A DNA stretch of 64,000 nt from Candidatus Poribacteria bacterium. Its GTDB lineage: Bacteria; Poribacteria; WGA-4E; GCA-2687025. The notes under the pieces are model-generated. The model ran no database searches, was not told where the DNA came from, and saw nothing but the letters and a program-made list of their open reading frames with translations. Position 1 is the first letter of the stretch, and each line of letters starts with the position of its first letter. The position numbers were made by a program, and so were the translations under genes. Shown piece after piece: positions 9,746 through 18,432 of this stretch. The stretch is taken from NCBI GenBank assembly GCA_963665845.2, contig OY762492.1, forward strand, positions 960,001 through 1,024,000, in the 5' to 3' direction.

Positions 9746-11167
9746 ATGACGCATATCCCGATCCTGCGCGCCGGCAAACCGTACAAAAGCTTAGACGCCG
9801 CCCATATCCGCCATGTCGAAACGGGCGAGATTTATGCCGAAGTGAGCCAAGCGAACCCAGGACTGATCGCGCGCGACATGTTAAAAGCGCCCGACCGCAA
9901 ACGCGCCATGGAACGCATCCAGATCGCGGAAATGCTGGACATCTGCAAGCGCGCCGCCCGCGTTTTCATGGAGGACGCGCTGCCCGTCGGAGACGAAACG
10001 CAAACGCCCGAAGACTATGTCCGCCAAACCTCCGCCTCCACAGGCTTGCCCCAAACGCTCTGCCGACTCAACATGGAGAAGATACGGCACAACCTCGACA
10101 ACATGGAAACGATACTCGGCGGACTGACGCGCGGGCTAGACCTGCGCATCATCGAAAACGGATGGGGCGTTCAGGACGGGCGGCGGCTCAGTTACGCGCC
10201 GCTGACCGACGCGCTCGGCGCCGTCCTGCCGAGCAACTCCCCCGGCGTCCATTCGCTGTGGCTGCCGGCGGTCGCGCTGCGCGTACCCGTTGTGTTGAAG
10301 CCCGGCAGCGGCGACCCGTGGACGCCTTACCGCATCGCGCAGGCGCTCATGAAAGCGGGCTGCCCCGCCGAAGCGTTTTCGTTCTACCCGTCCAGCCACA
10401 ACGGCGCCAATGAAATCCTTGTCCGAACGGGAAGCTCCATGCTGTTCGGCGGCGCCGACACGGTGCGCCCATGGCGAAACGATCCGCGCGTTCAAATTCA
10501 CGGACCGGGCTGGAGCAAGGTACTTTTTGGAGAGGACGCGGCGGACGACTGGCGCTCTCATCTGGATATGCTGGCGCATTCGGTCGCCGACAACGGCGGG
10601 CGCTCCTGCGTCAACGCTTCAGGCGTCTGGACGCCCGCGCATGCGCGCGCAACGGCGGAAGCGCTGGCGGAGCGGCTCGCGCAGATAGAAGCGAAACCGC
10701 TGGACGATCCCGACGCGCAGATCGCCGCCTTTGCGAACCCGCGCGCCGCCCAAGCCGTCTCCGATATGATCGACGCGCGCCTGAAAACAGACGGGGCTAT
10801 CGACTTGACGGCGCAATATCGAAACGGGCCGCGCTTCGTTCAGATCGGAAACTGCGGCTATGTTCAGCCGACGGTCATCTACTGCGAAAGCGCGGAGCGC
10901 CCGCTGGCGAAGATGGAGCTGCTGCTGCCGTTTGTCAGCGTCGTTCAGGTTCCGCAGGCGGAGATGCTGCCGCGCATCGGACCGACGCTCTCCGCCGCTG
11001 TCGTCACGGAGGATGCCGAATGGATGCGCGAACTCATGTCGGCGCCGCATATTGAGCGGCTTAGTTTCGGGTCGATCCCGACGAACCGCGTCGCGTGGGA
11101 TCAGCCGCATGAGGGCAACCTGTTTGAGCGTTTATACCGCCAGCGCGCTTTTCAGGCGTCCGCTTAG
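9746..11167 (+). CDS. Aldehyde dehydrogenase superfamily protein (acyl-CoA reductase/LuxC-like)
   Basis: VLPSNSPG, VVLKPG, HGPGWSK, catalytic-position Cys in GRSCVNAS, ELLLPFVSV. Confidence 0.75.
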   Translation: MTHIPILRAGKPYKSLDAAHIRHVETGEIYAEVSQANPGLIARDMLKAPDRKRAMERIQIAEMLDICKRAARVFMEDALPVGDETQTPEDYVRQTSASTGLPQTLCRLNMEKIRHNLDNMETILGGLTRGLDLRIIENGWGVQDGRRLSYAPLTDALGAVLPSNSPGVHSLWLPAVALRVPVVLKPGSGDPWTPYRIAQALMKAGCPAEAFSFYPSSHNGANEILVRTGSSMLFGGADTVRPWRNDPRVQIHGPGWSKVLFGEDAADDWRSHLDMLAHSVADNGGRSCVNASGVWTPAHARATAEALAERLAQIEAKPLDDPDAQIAAFANPRAAQAVSDMIDARLKTDGAIDLTAQYRNGPRFVQIGNCGYVQPTVIYCESAERPLAKMELLLPFVSVVQVPQAEMLPRIGPTLSAAVVTEDAEWMRELMSAPHIERLSFGSIPTNRVAWDQPHEGNLFERLYRQRAFQASA

Positions 11168-11206
11168 CGGGAGGCTTTGGTTTGTTTAAAAAAGAGCCGG
11201 CGCCCG

Positions 11207-12355
11207 ATGCGACCCATCTATCTTGACAACAACGCCGCCGCCCCGCTGGCGCCAGAAGCGCTGGCGGCGATGACGCAGGCGGCGCAAGACGCATACGGCA
11301 ACCCGTCCAGCCTGCACCGCATGGGCGTCAAAGCGTCCCGCGTTTTGGAAGACGCGCGGGCATGCCTCGCCCGTCATTTCGGCGCGGAACCGCGCGAGGT
11401 CGTCTTCACCTCCGGGGCGACCGAAAGCGTCAACATGGCGCTCCTCGGAGCCGCCAAAGCGCTGCGCCGCCAGGGGAACCGCATCATAACCTCCGCCGTT
11501 GAACATGAGTCGACGCTGGCGGTCTGCAAGCATCTCCATAGCGAGGGTCATCAGATTGACATATTGGAGACGGACGCTTTTGGGCGCGTCTGTCCAGACC
11601 GCCTTGCCGCCGCCGTTCAAGACGACACGATTTTAGCGGCGTTTGGACATGTGAACGGCGAACTCGGAACGATTCGCCCGATTGGCGAACTTGCGCAGAT
11701 TGTCAAACGAAAAAACCGGCGCGCCGTCTTTTTTTCTGACGGGGCTCAAGCGTTCGGCAAAATGCCGGTCAACGCGCGCGCCGTAGATCTTTACGCCGCC
11801 AGCGCGCATAAACTGCATGGGCCAAGGGGAATCGGGGCGCTGGTTGTCAAGGGGGTTGCGGTCAAGCCGCTGCTGTTCGGCGGGGGGCAGGAGCGCGGGC
11901 TTCGCCCCGGCACAGAGAACGCGCCCGGCGCCGCCGGGTTTGCCGCCGCCGTAGAAGCCGCGTATCAGGACATGCCGGCATGTCGGGAACGCCTGCGCAA
12001 ACTGCGCCGGCGGTTCCTTGACGCGATCCCCCCTATCGGCGATGTCCGCGTCAACTCCCCCGACGACGCCCTCGAAACGACCGTCAACGCCGCTTTCCTG
12101 GGCGTCCCCGCCGAGACATTGTCGCACGCCTTGGAGGAGCGCGGGGTGTATGTCTCCACCGGCTCCGCCTGCTCCTCAACAAAACGGGGCGTCAGCTCCG
12201 TTCTGGCGGCGCTGCCGATGCCGGAAGCGGCGCGCCGTTCCAGCCTGCGCTTCTCCTTCTCGCGCTTCACAACCGACAACTGCATCGACCGCGCCGCGGC
12301 CGCCCTGCGCGAGGCGGTCCCAAAACTGCGCCAACTGTACAGGCTCGCCCAATGA
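11207..12355 (+). CDS. iscS: Cysteine desulfurase (IscS/NifZ-like)
   Basis: IYLDNNA, GNPSSLH, FTSGATES, SAHKLHGP, STGSACSS. Adjacent to thiI. Confidence 0.9.
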   Translation: MRPIYLDNNAAAPLAPEALAAMTQAAQDAYGNPSSLHRMGVKASRVLEDARACLARHFGAEPREVVFTSGATESVNMALLGAAKALRRQGNRIITSAVEHESTLAVCKHLHSEGHQIDILETDAFGRVCPDRLAAAVQDDTILAAFGHVNGELGTIRPIGELAQIVKRKNRRAVFFSDGAQAFGKMPVNARAVDLYAASAHKLHGPRGIGALVVKGVAVKPLLFGGGQERGLRPGTENAPGAAGFAAAVEAAYQDMPACRERLRKLRRRFLDAIPPIGDVRVNSPDDALETTVNAAFLGVPAETLSHALEERGVYVSTGSACSSTKRGVSSVLAALPMPEAARRSSLRFSFSRFTTDNCIDRAAAALREAVPKLRQLYRLAQ

Positions 12356-13575
12356 AAATGAACAGGCTGATTCTTGTCAAGGACGCGCCGGAGATTGGGC
12401 TGAAAGGCAAGAACCGCAACCGCTTTCGACAGCGGCTCATCCAGAACCTGCTGCGCGCCGCCGAACTGCCCGCCGACCGGGCGCGGGACGAGCCGGGGCG
12501 CGTCTATCTGGATGTGAGCGCGGAGGAAATGGACGGCGTTCTGGACGCGCTCGGACGGGTGTTCGGCGCGCATGCGTTCGCGCCGGCGCATCGAACGGAG
12601 CCTGACCTGGACGCGGCGGGGGAAGCGTGTCTGCGCGTCGCGGAGGCGGCGGGGTTTCAAAACGCCTCGTTCGGCGTCCGCGTCAAGCGCGCCGACCGCT
12701 CCTTTCCCGTCTCGTCCAACGAAGCGGAACGGCATCTCGGCGCCCTTATTCTAGACCGCTTTCCGTCATGGCGGGTCGATCTGACGGCTCCCGATCTGTG
12801 GGTTTATGTGGAGTTTCGGCATGGCAGCGCGTATGCGTACTCCAGCCTAGACGAACGGGCTGGACCAGGCGGCATGCCGGTCGGCGCGTCGGGTCGAGCG
12901 TTGGCGCTGCTGTCGGGCGGCATCGACAGCCCCGCCGCCGCGTGGATGGCAATGCGCCGCGGGTTGAGCGTCGACGCGGTTCATTTTCACAGCTTCCCGT
13001 TCACCGGCGAAAAAGCGAAGGAGAAGTGCCTCAATCTGGCGCGCGTTCTCTCCCGATGGAAGACGCTGCCGATGAATGTATACGTTCTGCCGTTCGCCGA
13101 GACGCAGACCGCCGCCGCCGAGAAGGTTGACCAGAGCCTATGGACGCTTCTGTTTCGGCGGATGATGGACAGGGCGGCGGCGCGGCTCATGAAAGCGCGG
13201 CGGTATCGGGCGCTCATCACGGGCGACAATCTGGGGCAGGTCGCCAGCCAGACCGTAGAAAACCTTGCCGCCATGGACGCCGCGGTCGATATGCTGCGCC
13301 TGCGCCCGCTCATCGCTTACGACAAGGCGGACACCATCGCGCTCGCCCGCCGTATCGGAACCTATGAGATTTCCATTTTGCCGTATGAGGATTGCTGCAC
13401 GGCGTTCACGCCGAAGCAGCCGAAGACGAAAGCGACCGCAAGAGCGCTTGAACAGGCGGAGGCGGCGCTGCCGGTGGAAGCGCTGACAGACGCCAGCGTC
13501 AAAGGCGCGCAGATGTACCGCGTCCGCCCCGACAGCATCGAAGAAGCGGACATGCCCGATTTAAAAAACGCATGA
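12352..13575 (+). CDS. thiI: tRNA 4-thiouridine synthase (THUMP + PP-loop, no rhodanese domain)
   Basis: EIGLKGKNR, LLSGGIDSP, TGDNLGQVASQT, PYEDCC. Confidence 0.93.
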   Translation: MKMNRLILVKDAPEIGLKGKNRNRFRQRLIQNLLRAAELPADRARDEPGRVYLDVSAEEMDGVLDALGRVFGAHAFAPAHRTEPDLDAAGEACLRVAEAAGFQNASFGVRVKRADRSFPVSSNEAERHLGALILDRFPSWRVDLTAPDLWVYVEFRHGSAYAYSSLDERAGPGGMPVGASGRALALLSGGIDSPAAAWMAMRRGLSVDAVHFHSFPFTGEKAKEKCLNLARVLSRWKTLPMNVYVLPFAETQTAAAEKVDQSLWTLLFRRMMDRAAARLMKARRYRALITGDNLGQVASQTVENLAAMDAAVDMLRLRPLIAYDKADTIALARRIGTYEISILPYEDCCTAFTPKQPKTKATARALEQAEAALPVEALTDASVKGAQMYRVRPDSIEEADMPDLKNA

Positions 13576-14027
13576 CCGTTTCTCATAACGTACTTAAAAG
13601 GAGCGCCGCGCTGTTGATTGAAACGTCGGGGCGCGTCCTGCTGGTGAAGCGTCCGCTGGAGGATGCGGAATTGCCGGGGGTGTGGGGTTTGCCTGCCTGC
13701 TCGCTTGAGGCGGAGGAACGTTGGCGCCAGGCGGCGCGCCGATGCGCGCGCGTCAAGCTGGGCGTTCGGCTCAAGGCGGTTGAGCCGGCGGGCGAGGGGC
13801 GGCAAGAGCGCTCCGACTATGCGCTCCATATGCGGCTTTTTTCGGCGGCGTTGGCGCCTGGAGAGACGCCGAAAGTCCCGCAGCCGGGCGCTGGGATGAC
13901 GCAATACAGCGCCTGGCGATGGGCGTCCAAAGCGGAGGCGGCCGGCGTTTTCAAAAAAGGGGCGGGGCAAGGTTCTCTCTGCTGCGCCCTCGCCGCGTCC
14001 GATTTCCCCCTTGAAAAGGGTGGCTAG
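13572..14027 (+). CDS. NUDIX-fold protein with degenerate Nudix box
   Basis: VLLVKRP..ELPGVWGLPACSLEAEERWRQAARRCARVKLGV. The C-terminus is encoded by a repeat. Confidence 0.7.
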   Translation: MTVSHNVLKRSAALLIETSGRVLLVKRPLEDAELPGVWGLPACSLEAEERWRQAARRCARVKLGVRLKAVEPAGEGRQERSDYALHMRLFSAALAPGETPKVPQPGAGMTQYSAWRWASKAEAAGVFKKGAGQGSLCCALAASDFPLEKGG

Positions 14028-14092
14028 GGGGGTTTAAAAGACGGACGCGGCGACTGCGATGCCTTAAGATTCCCGCTTGCGCGGGAATGACG
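13998..14092. repeat. REP-like composite (module A + module B)
   Basis: CCCCCTTGAAAAGGG..GGGGGTTTAAA (module A) followed by GATTCCCGCTTGCGCGGGAATGAC (module B). Confidence 0.8.
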
Positions 14093-14234
14093 ATCGGCGA
14101 CGCGGACGCTTTAGGGTTAAAAATGAAAAACTCCGTATAAGCGTACCGCCCGCTTCCGCCAAGCTAGACGCCACACGCCGCATGCGTTAAGATGGCGGCG
14201 CAAGAAAATGAACGACCTTCAGAAAGGGCGATAG

Positions 14235-15209
14235 ATGAATCAAGCGCGCGTAGGTTTTATCGGCGTCGGCGGCGTCGCGGGAGGGCATCTCAACATCCTG
14301 AACGGCTTTGAGGACGCGCAGCTCGCCGCGCTGTGCGACATTGACGAGGGGCGGTTAAAAGGGCGCGCCGAGGCGTTCGGCGTCGCCAATACCTACACGG
14401 ACTACCGCGAAATGCTGTCGGCGGAGGAGCTGGACGCCGTCTATGTGTGCGTTCCGCCGTTCGCGCATGGAGAAATTGAGGAGGAGATTGCGGCGGCGGG
14501 CGCGGCTCTGTTTGTTGAAAAACCGGTCGATCTGTATCTGGAGCCGGCGATCCGCAAGCATGAAGCGATACGGGACGCGGGCATTCTGAACACGGTCGGC
14601 TACTGCGTCCGCTACCTCAGCACGGTGGACGATGTGGCGCAGACGCTGGACGGCGTCCAGATCGACATGGCGCTGGGGTACTACATGGGCGGGGCGCCGG
14701 GCGGATGGTGGCGGCAAGTGAACAAGTCGGGCGGGCAGCTGGTGGAGCAGACGACGCATATCGTCGACACGGCGCGGTATCTGGTCGGGGATGTGGCGGC
14801 GGTGGGCGGGGCGTTTGCCGCGCAGACGCCGCTGGACGACACCGCCGACATTGAGAACGTCTCCATCGCGCATCTGTTTTTTGAAAACGGCGCCGTCGGG
14901 GCAATCATGTCCGCATGCATGCTGGGGCGCGGCTTCAAGACGGGTCTCGACATCTTTGCGAAAGGCTACACGGCAGAGTTCACCTACGGCAAAACGCGCG
15001 TCCACACAGGCGGCGAATCGCATGAATTCGACCCGAACAACAACATGTACGAGTCGGAAGACCGCGCGTTTATCGACGCTGTCAAAACGGGAGACATCTC
15101 GGCGCTGCGCGTCGATTACGAGGACGCGGTGAAATCGCTGGAGGTGTCGCTCTTGGCGCGGGAGGCGAACGACAAGCGCGCCGTCTTGGAGACGACCTTC
15201 AAGGGTTGA
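14235..15209 (+). CDS. Gfo/Idh/MocA family oxidoreductase
   Basis: VGFIGVGGVA, LFVEKP, SGGQLVEQTTH. Confidence 0.9.
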   Translation: MNQARVGFIGVGGVAGGHLNILNGFEDAQLAALCDIDEGRLKGRAEAFGVANTYTDYREMLSAEELDAVYVCVPPFAHGEIEEEIAAAGAALFVEKPVDLYLEPAIRKHEAIRDAGILNTVGYCVRYLSTVDDVAQTLDGVQIDMALGYYMGGAPGGWWRQVNKSGGQLVEQTTHIVDTARYLVGDVAAVGGAFAAQTPLDDTADIENVSIAHLFFENGAVGAIMSACMLGRGFKTGLDIFAKGYTAEFTYGKTRVHTGGESHEFDPNNNMYESEDRAFIDAVKTGDISALRVDYEDAVKSLEVSLLAREANDKRAVLETTFKG

Positions 15210-15223
15210 CGCCAACAGGGTCG

Positions 15224-15400
15224 TTCCCCGCTTACGCGAGGACATGCATTCCCGCGCCCTTATAGCCTGCCCCCGTGAAAACGGGGGTCATTCCCGCGTA
15301 AGCGGGAATCTAGAAACCGCGTCAAGCGTTTAAATCTCCGAACCCCTTGACAGGGGGCTTCTACTCTCTCCCCTTCAAAAGGGGGGCAGGGGGGGTTTTC
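15224..15400. repeat. Cluster of REP-like palindromes
   Basis: TTCCCCGCTTACGCGAGGACATGC; GCCTGCCCCCGTGAAAACGGGGG; TCATTCCCGCGTAAGCGGGAATC; CCCTTCAAAAGGGGGG. About 60 bp is near-identical to 41608-41670. Confidence 0.8.
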
Positions 15401-15418
15401 TGCGACACTCTCTCCGCG

Positions 15419-16855
15419 TCAAAGAATGCCGTTGCGCCGAAGCTCGGCGACCAAGAACGCCTGACTGCGGTTTCCCTTGACCGAATTGCATGCGCCGCAC
15501 AGCAGCTGCAGGTTGTCGAGATGATCCGAACCGCCCTTGCTCTTCGGCACAATATGATCAATCGTGAAATTCCTGAACGGAAACACGATTTGACAGCCCG
15601 CGCATTCGCCCTCCTGCTTCCCAAACAACGTATGCTTATGCGTCCGGTAATTCGGCAGTTTTCCGAGATCGGTACGGTTCGGTATATCGGTTCGATGCGC
15701 CATCGGATGCTGCGAAAACAGAAGCGGGTTGTCCTTTTCAATGCGTATCTTCACCAGCTGCGCCGCCTTCGGCGACAGGTCGATTCCCGCCCATTGACGG
15801 TTCAAACGTTCGGCGGCGACGCATGCGGTTGCGCAGCCGCAGAACGGATCCAGAACCATATCGCCCTCGTTAGACGACGCCTTGACGATCCGCTCCAACA
15901 GCTCAAGCGGCTTCTGCGTTGGATAGCCGATCCGCTCCTTCGACCTGGCTTGCACCGGATTGATGTCGGCAATCACATCCTGAGCAGCCATTCCCTCCAT
16001 ATCGTCAAAATACCTTTTGAAGCGAGGAACGGAACCTTTCGGCGGCCAGTAGACTCGACCAATTTTATCCAAATACTCCAGCGCTTCCAAAGTGGATTCG
16101 GGCATCGTCTCTGCGCCGGGAAATTTTCGCGGAACCGCCCAATGCCGCCCTTTTGAAGTCGGATCGTACCCTCGCCATGGCGTACCGGACTCGCCTTCTC
16201 TAATTCCTGAGCCTGTCAAATCCCCCACCTGAAATTTTCGTCCATTATCGTCCTCATATCGATAGTTTTTATCGATATATTCTTGATTGTAGGGTTGATA
16301 AACGCGGTTCCAGCGGTATTTTTTCGATTTGGCGTAAAATAAAATGATGTCGTGGACAGCTCCAAACCGGCGCGCGCCGGAATGAGCGCTCGTCCTTTTC
16401 CATGTGATTTCGTTCAGAAAATTTTCCCGTCCGAAGACGGCGTCCATCGCCAGTTTCAGATAATGGCTCGCGGTCGGATCGCAGTGGAGATAGATGGAGC
16501 CGGTCGATTTCAGGATGCGCCGCATCTCCAGCAGCCGAACGGTCATCATGATCGCGTACGCTTTCATGCTTTTGCTGTGGGCGTTGCCTGCGGCGTCGAT
16601 GACAGAGTAGAGGGCTGGTTCCCTGTCCGCGATCTCACCGTGCCAAGCGAGGTCCACGTCGTCCAGCGTCCATGAGTCTTTGAACGCCGCGCCCGCAGCC
16701 TCAGAGCCGATCGGCGCCTCGTAGGCGCGGTTGGAGTTGAACGGCGGGTCCAGGTAGATCAGGTCAACGCTGTCGGAGTTCATGCCGCGCATGATGTCCA
16801 GGTTGTCGCCTGTCCACATGGTGCGGTTTGTCCAGTTCGGCTTGCCTTGACTCAT
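15419..16855 (-). CDS. Beta-class N6A/N4C DNA methyltransferase fused to C-terminal HNH endonuclease
   Basis: LIYLDPPF (motif IV) precedes YPTQKP and VLDPFCGC (motif I). C-terminal CAGC...IDHIVPKSKGG...NLQLLCGACN. Confidence 0.88.
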   Translation of the reverse strand: MSQGKPNWTNRTMWTGDNLDIMRGMNSDSVDLIYLDPPFNSNRAYEAPIGSEAAGAAFKDSWTLDDVDLAWHGEIADREPALYSVIDAAGNAHSKSMKAYAIMMTVRLLEMRRILKSTGSIYLHCDPTASHYLKLAMDAVFGRENFLNEITWKRTSAHSGARRFGAVHDIILFYAKSKKYRWNRVYQPYNQEYIDKNYRYEDDNGRKFQVGDLTGSGIREGESGTPWRGYDPTSKGRHWAVPRKFPGAETMPESTLEALEYLDKIGRVYWPPKGSVPRFKRYFDDMEGMAAQDVIADINPVQARSKERIGYPTQKPLELLERIVKASSNEGDMVLDPFCGCATACVAAERLNRQWAGIDLSPKAAQLVKIRIEKDNPLLFSQHPMAHRTDIPNRTDLGKLPNYRTHKHTLFGKQEGECAGCQIVFPFRNFTIDHIVPKSKGGSDHLDNLQLLCGACNSVKGNRSQAFLVAELRRNGIL

Positions 16856-16976
16856 GATCGCTCCTTGACCGTTTCGCTTCAACGACCCATAATATACTGC
16901 AACGCTCAGGAGAAATCCAGCGCGTTCAAATCAGGCGACGCAAGGCAGGTTTGTTGCTGAAGCACAGGAGTTAAGA

Positions 16977-17666
16977 ATGTTCAAAATCTTCAGTCGGCTC
17001 CGTCGGCAAGATGAAGCGGAAGTTGACCAGCTCAATCTCGAAGTTGACGAAGAGGAAGTTGAGCAGCCCGATCTCGAAGTTGACGAAAAGGATGTGGCCA
17101 TATGTTTTCTTATGGCTGATCTTGAAAAGGCAGATGACGACGTCCTTCAGATTAGACTGCATGACCTGAAGACTCTGGATTGGTCCGCTCTGGAAAAGAA
17201 ACTCAAAAAATCCAACAGCTTCCAAGACAGCCCAGTCAGCGGATGGCTAATGAAGAAAAAAGAGCGAGAAAGTAAGGTAATTGAGAAATGGGTTTGCAGG
17301 GGTGGCGTACGGCTCGAAGACTGCTGGACGAGCGGAATAAGGCCGGTGGAGGAGGATCCGCGGTTCCAAGAGGCAGTTGACGATGTAGAAGGGAATCTTG
17401 TTCGCTTGAGCAAACATCCGTACGTGGTCGAGGTCAAGGAATTTAAAAAAACAATGCCAAATTGCAACAACCGAACGCTGATTGGAATTTATCACGAAAA
17501 GATTGGGGAAAAACAAGGCAGCGTTGAGATCATTGATGGAGCGCACCGGCTCGTTGCGATGTGGAAAAATGGAATGCGAAAAACAGACATGTTTCTAGGT
17601 AAGCCGACCGCAGGATCGCATACGGCTATGGGAACCGTTGCTCCAAAAAAACGGTCAGAGCAATGA
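16977..17666 (+). CDS. Hypothetical protein with ParB/Srx-like motif
   Basis: AGGAG RBS. VEIIDGAHRLVAM. AT-richer than flanks. 36-bp tandem duplication at 17019-17090. Confidence 0.6.
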   Translation: MFKIFSRLRRQDEAEVDQLNLEVDEEEVEQPDLEVDEKDVAICFLMADLEKADDDVLQIRLHDLKTLDWSALEKKLKKSNSFQDSPVSGWLMKKKERESKVIEKWVCRGGVRLEDCWTSGIRPVEEDPRFQEAVDDVEGNLVRLSKHPYVVEVKEFKKTMPNCNNRTLIGIYHEKIGEKQGSVEIIDGAHRLVAMWKNGMRKTDMFLGKPTAGSHTAMGTVAPKKRSEQ

Positions 17667-17715
17667 TTCTTAATAGCGGCTGCAAGGCAATCTAGCCGCG
17701 TTTGGCAAGGGATGT

Positions 17716-17916
17716 TTAATGCGCCCCTTCCGTTTCATCATACAGGCTGACCGCCGCCTCCGCGACCGCCTCCGCCTTTACATCGTCCATGCGCCGCGCG
17801 CGCGTTTGGCGTCGGCGTTGACGCGGGCTGGCGTTTTCATTCAGCGCGCTCGGCTCCACAACGCGGTTGACCGACCCGACCGGACCCCACCGCCGAGGAT
17901 CGGTCGGTCCAAAGAC
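17716..17916 (-). pseudogene. Orphan copy of the 3' end of the GT9 gene (18433..19455)
   Basis: ~185-bp direct repeat of 18449-18633. In frame, ending LYDETEGAH*. No 5' part. Confidence 0.85.
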
Positions 17917-17987
17917 GGGTTTGCGTCATGCGTCGCGTTGGCGTATCATGTTGAGGCGTTGACAGGTTTCCATGAAGGAGACGCTCG

Positions 17988-18392
17988 ATGAACACAACGC
18001 AGGACCCCCAGAACGAGGGGCTTCCGCTGGATCCAAACGCTTATGCGACAAAGCTGGACATCGCGAATCTTCGGTACGATTTCAAAGATGAAACCGCGAC
18101 TCTTCGGTCAGAATTCAAAGATGACATCGCGGCGGTCCGAAGCGAAATTTCGGAGACGAAATCCGACCTCAAAAGCGAAATCGCGGCGGTCCGAAGCGAA
18201 ATCGCAGAGACGAAGTCTGAACTCAAAAGCGAACACACAGAGACTCAAATTGGGCTTGCAGCGCTGACGAGCAGGGTAGAGGGGCTTGAGAAGCAAATGA
18301 CCTCTTTTCAAAACCAAATGAAATTGATGTTTGTGTTCCAAACTGGAATTTTGATCGCGCTCGTGAGCCTCTTTCTGAAGGGTATGTTCTGA
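17988..18392 (+). CDS. Coiled-coil, C-terminally membrane-anchored protein (DUF1640/CCDC90-like)
   Basis: AAGGAG RBS. ATKLDIANLR, repeated IAAVRSEI.ETKS (54-bp unit x2), hydrophobic C-terminus. Confidence 0.7.
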   Translation: MNTTQDPQNEGLPLDPNAYATKLDIANLRYDFKDETATLRSEFKDDIAAVRSEISETKSDLKSEIAAVRSEIAETKSELKSEHTETQIGLAALTSRVEGLEKQMTSFQNQMKLMFVFQTGILIALVSLFLKGMF

Positions 18393-18432
18393 AACGGAAA
18401 GAGGTTTTGGTTCCGCGCCTGGAACGACGCGG

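Noticed and set aside
9316-9754. Short ORFs made of repeat sequence (also 15361..15741, 19452..19748, 38941..39225)
   Set aside because: Translations such as PPSPPFQGG and VIPAQAGI come from REP modules; no RBS or domain support.
17719-17991. 90-aa plus-strand ORF
   Set aside because: It is the antisense reading of the duplicated GT9 3' fragment.
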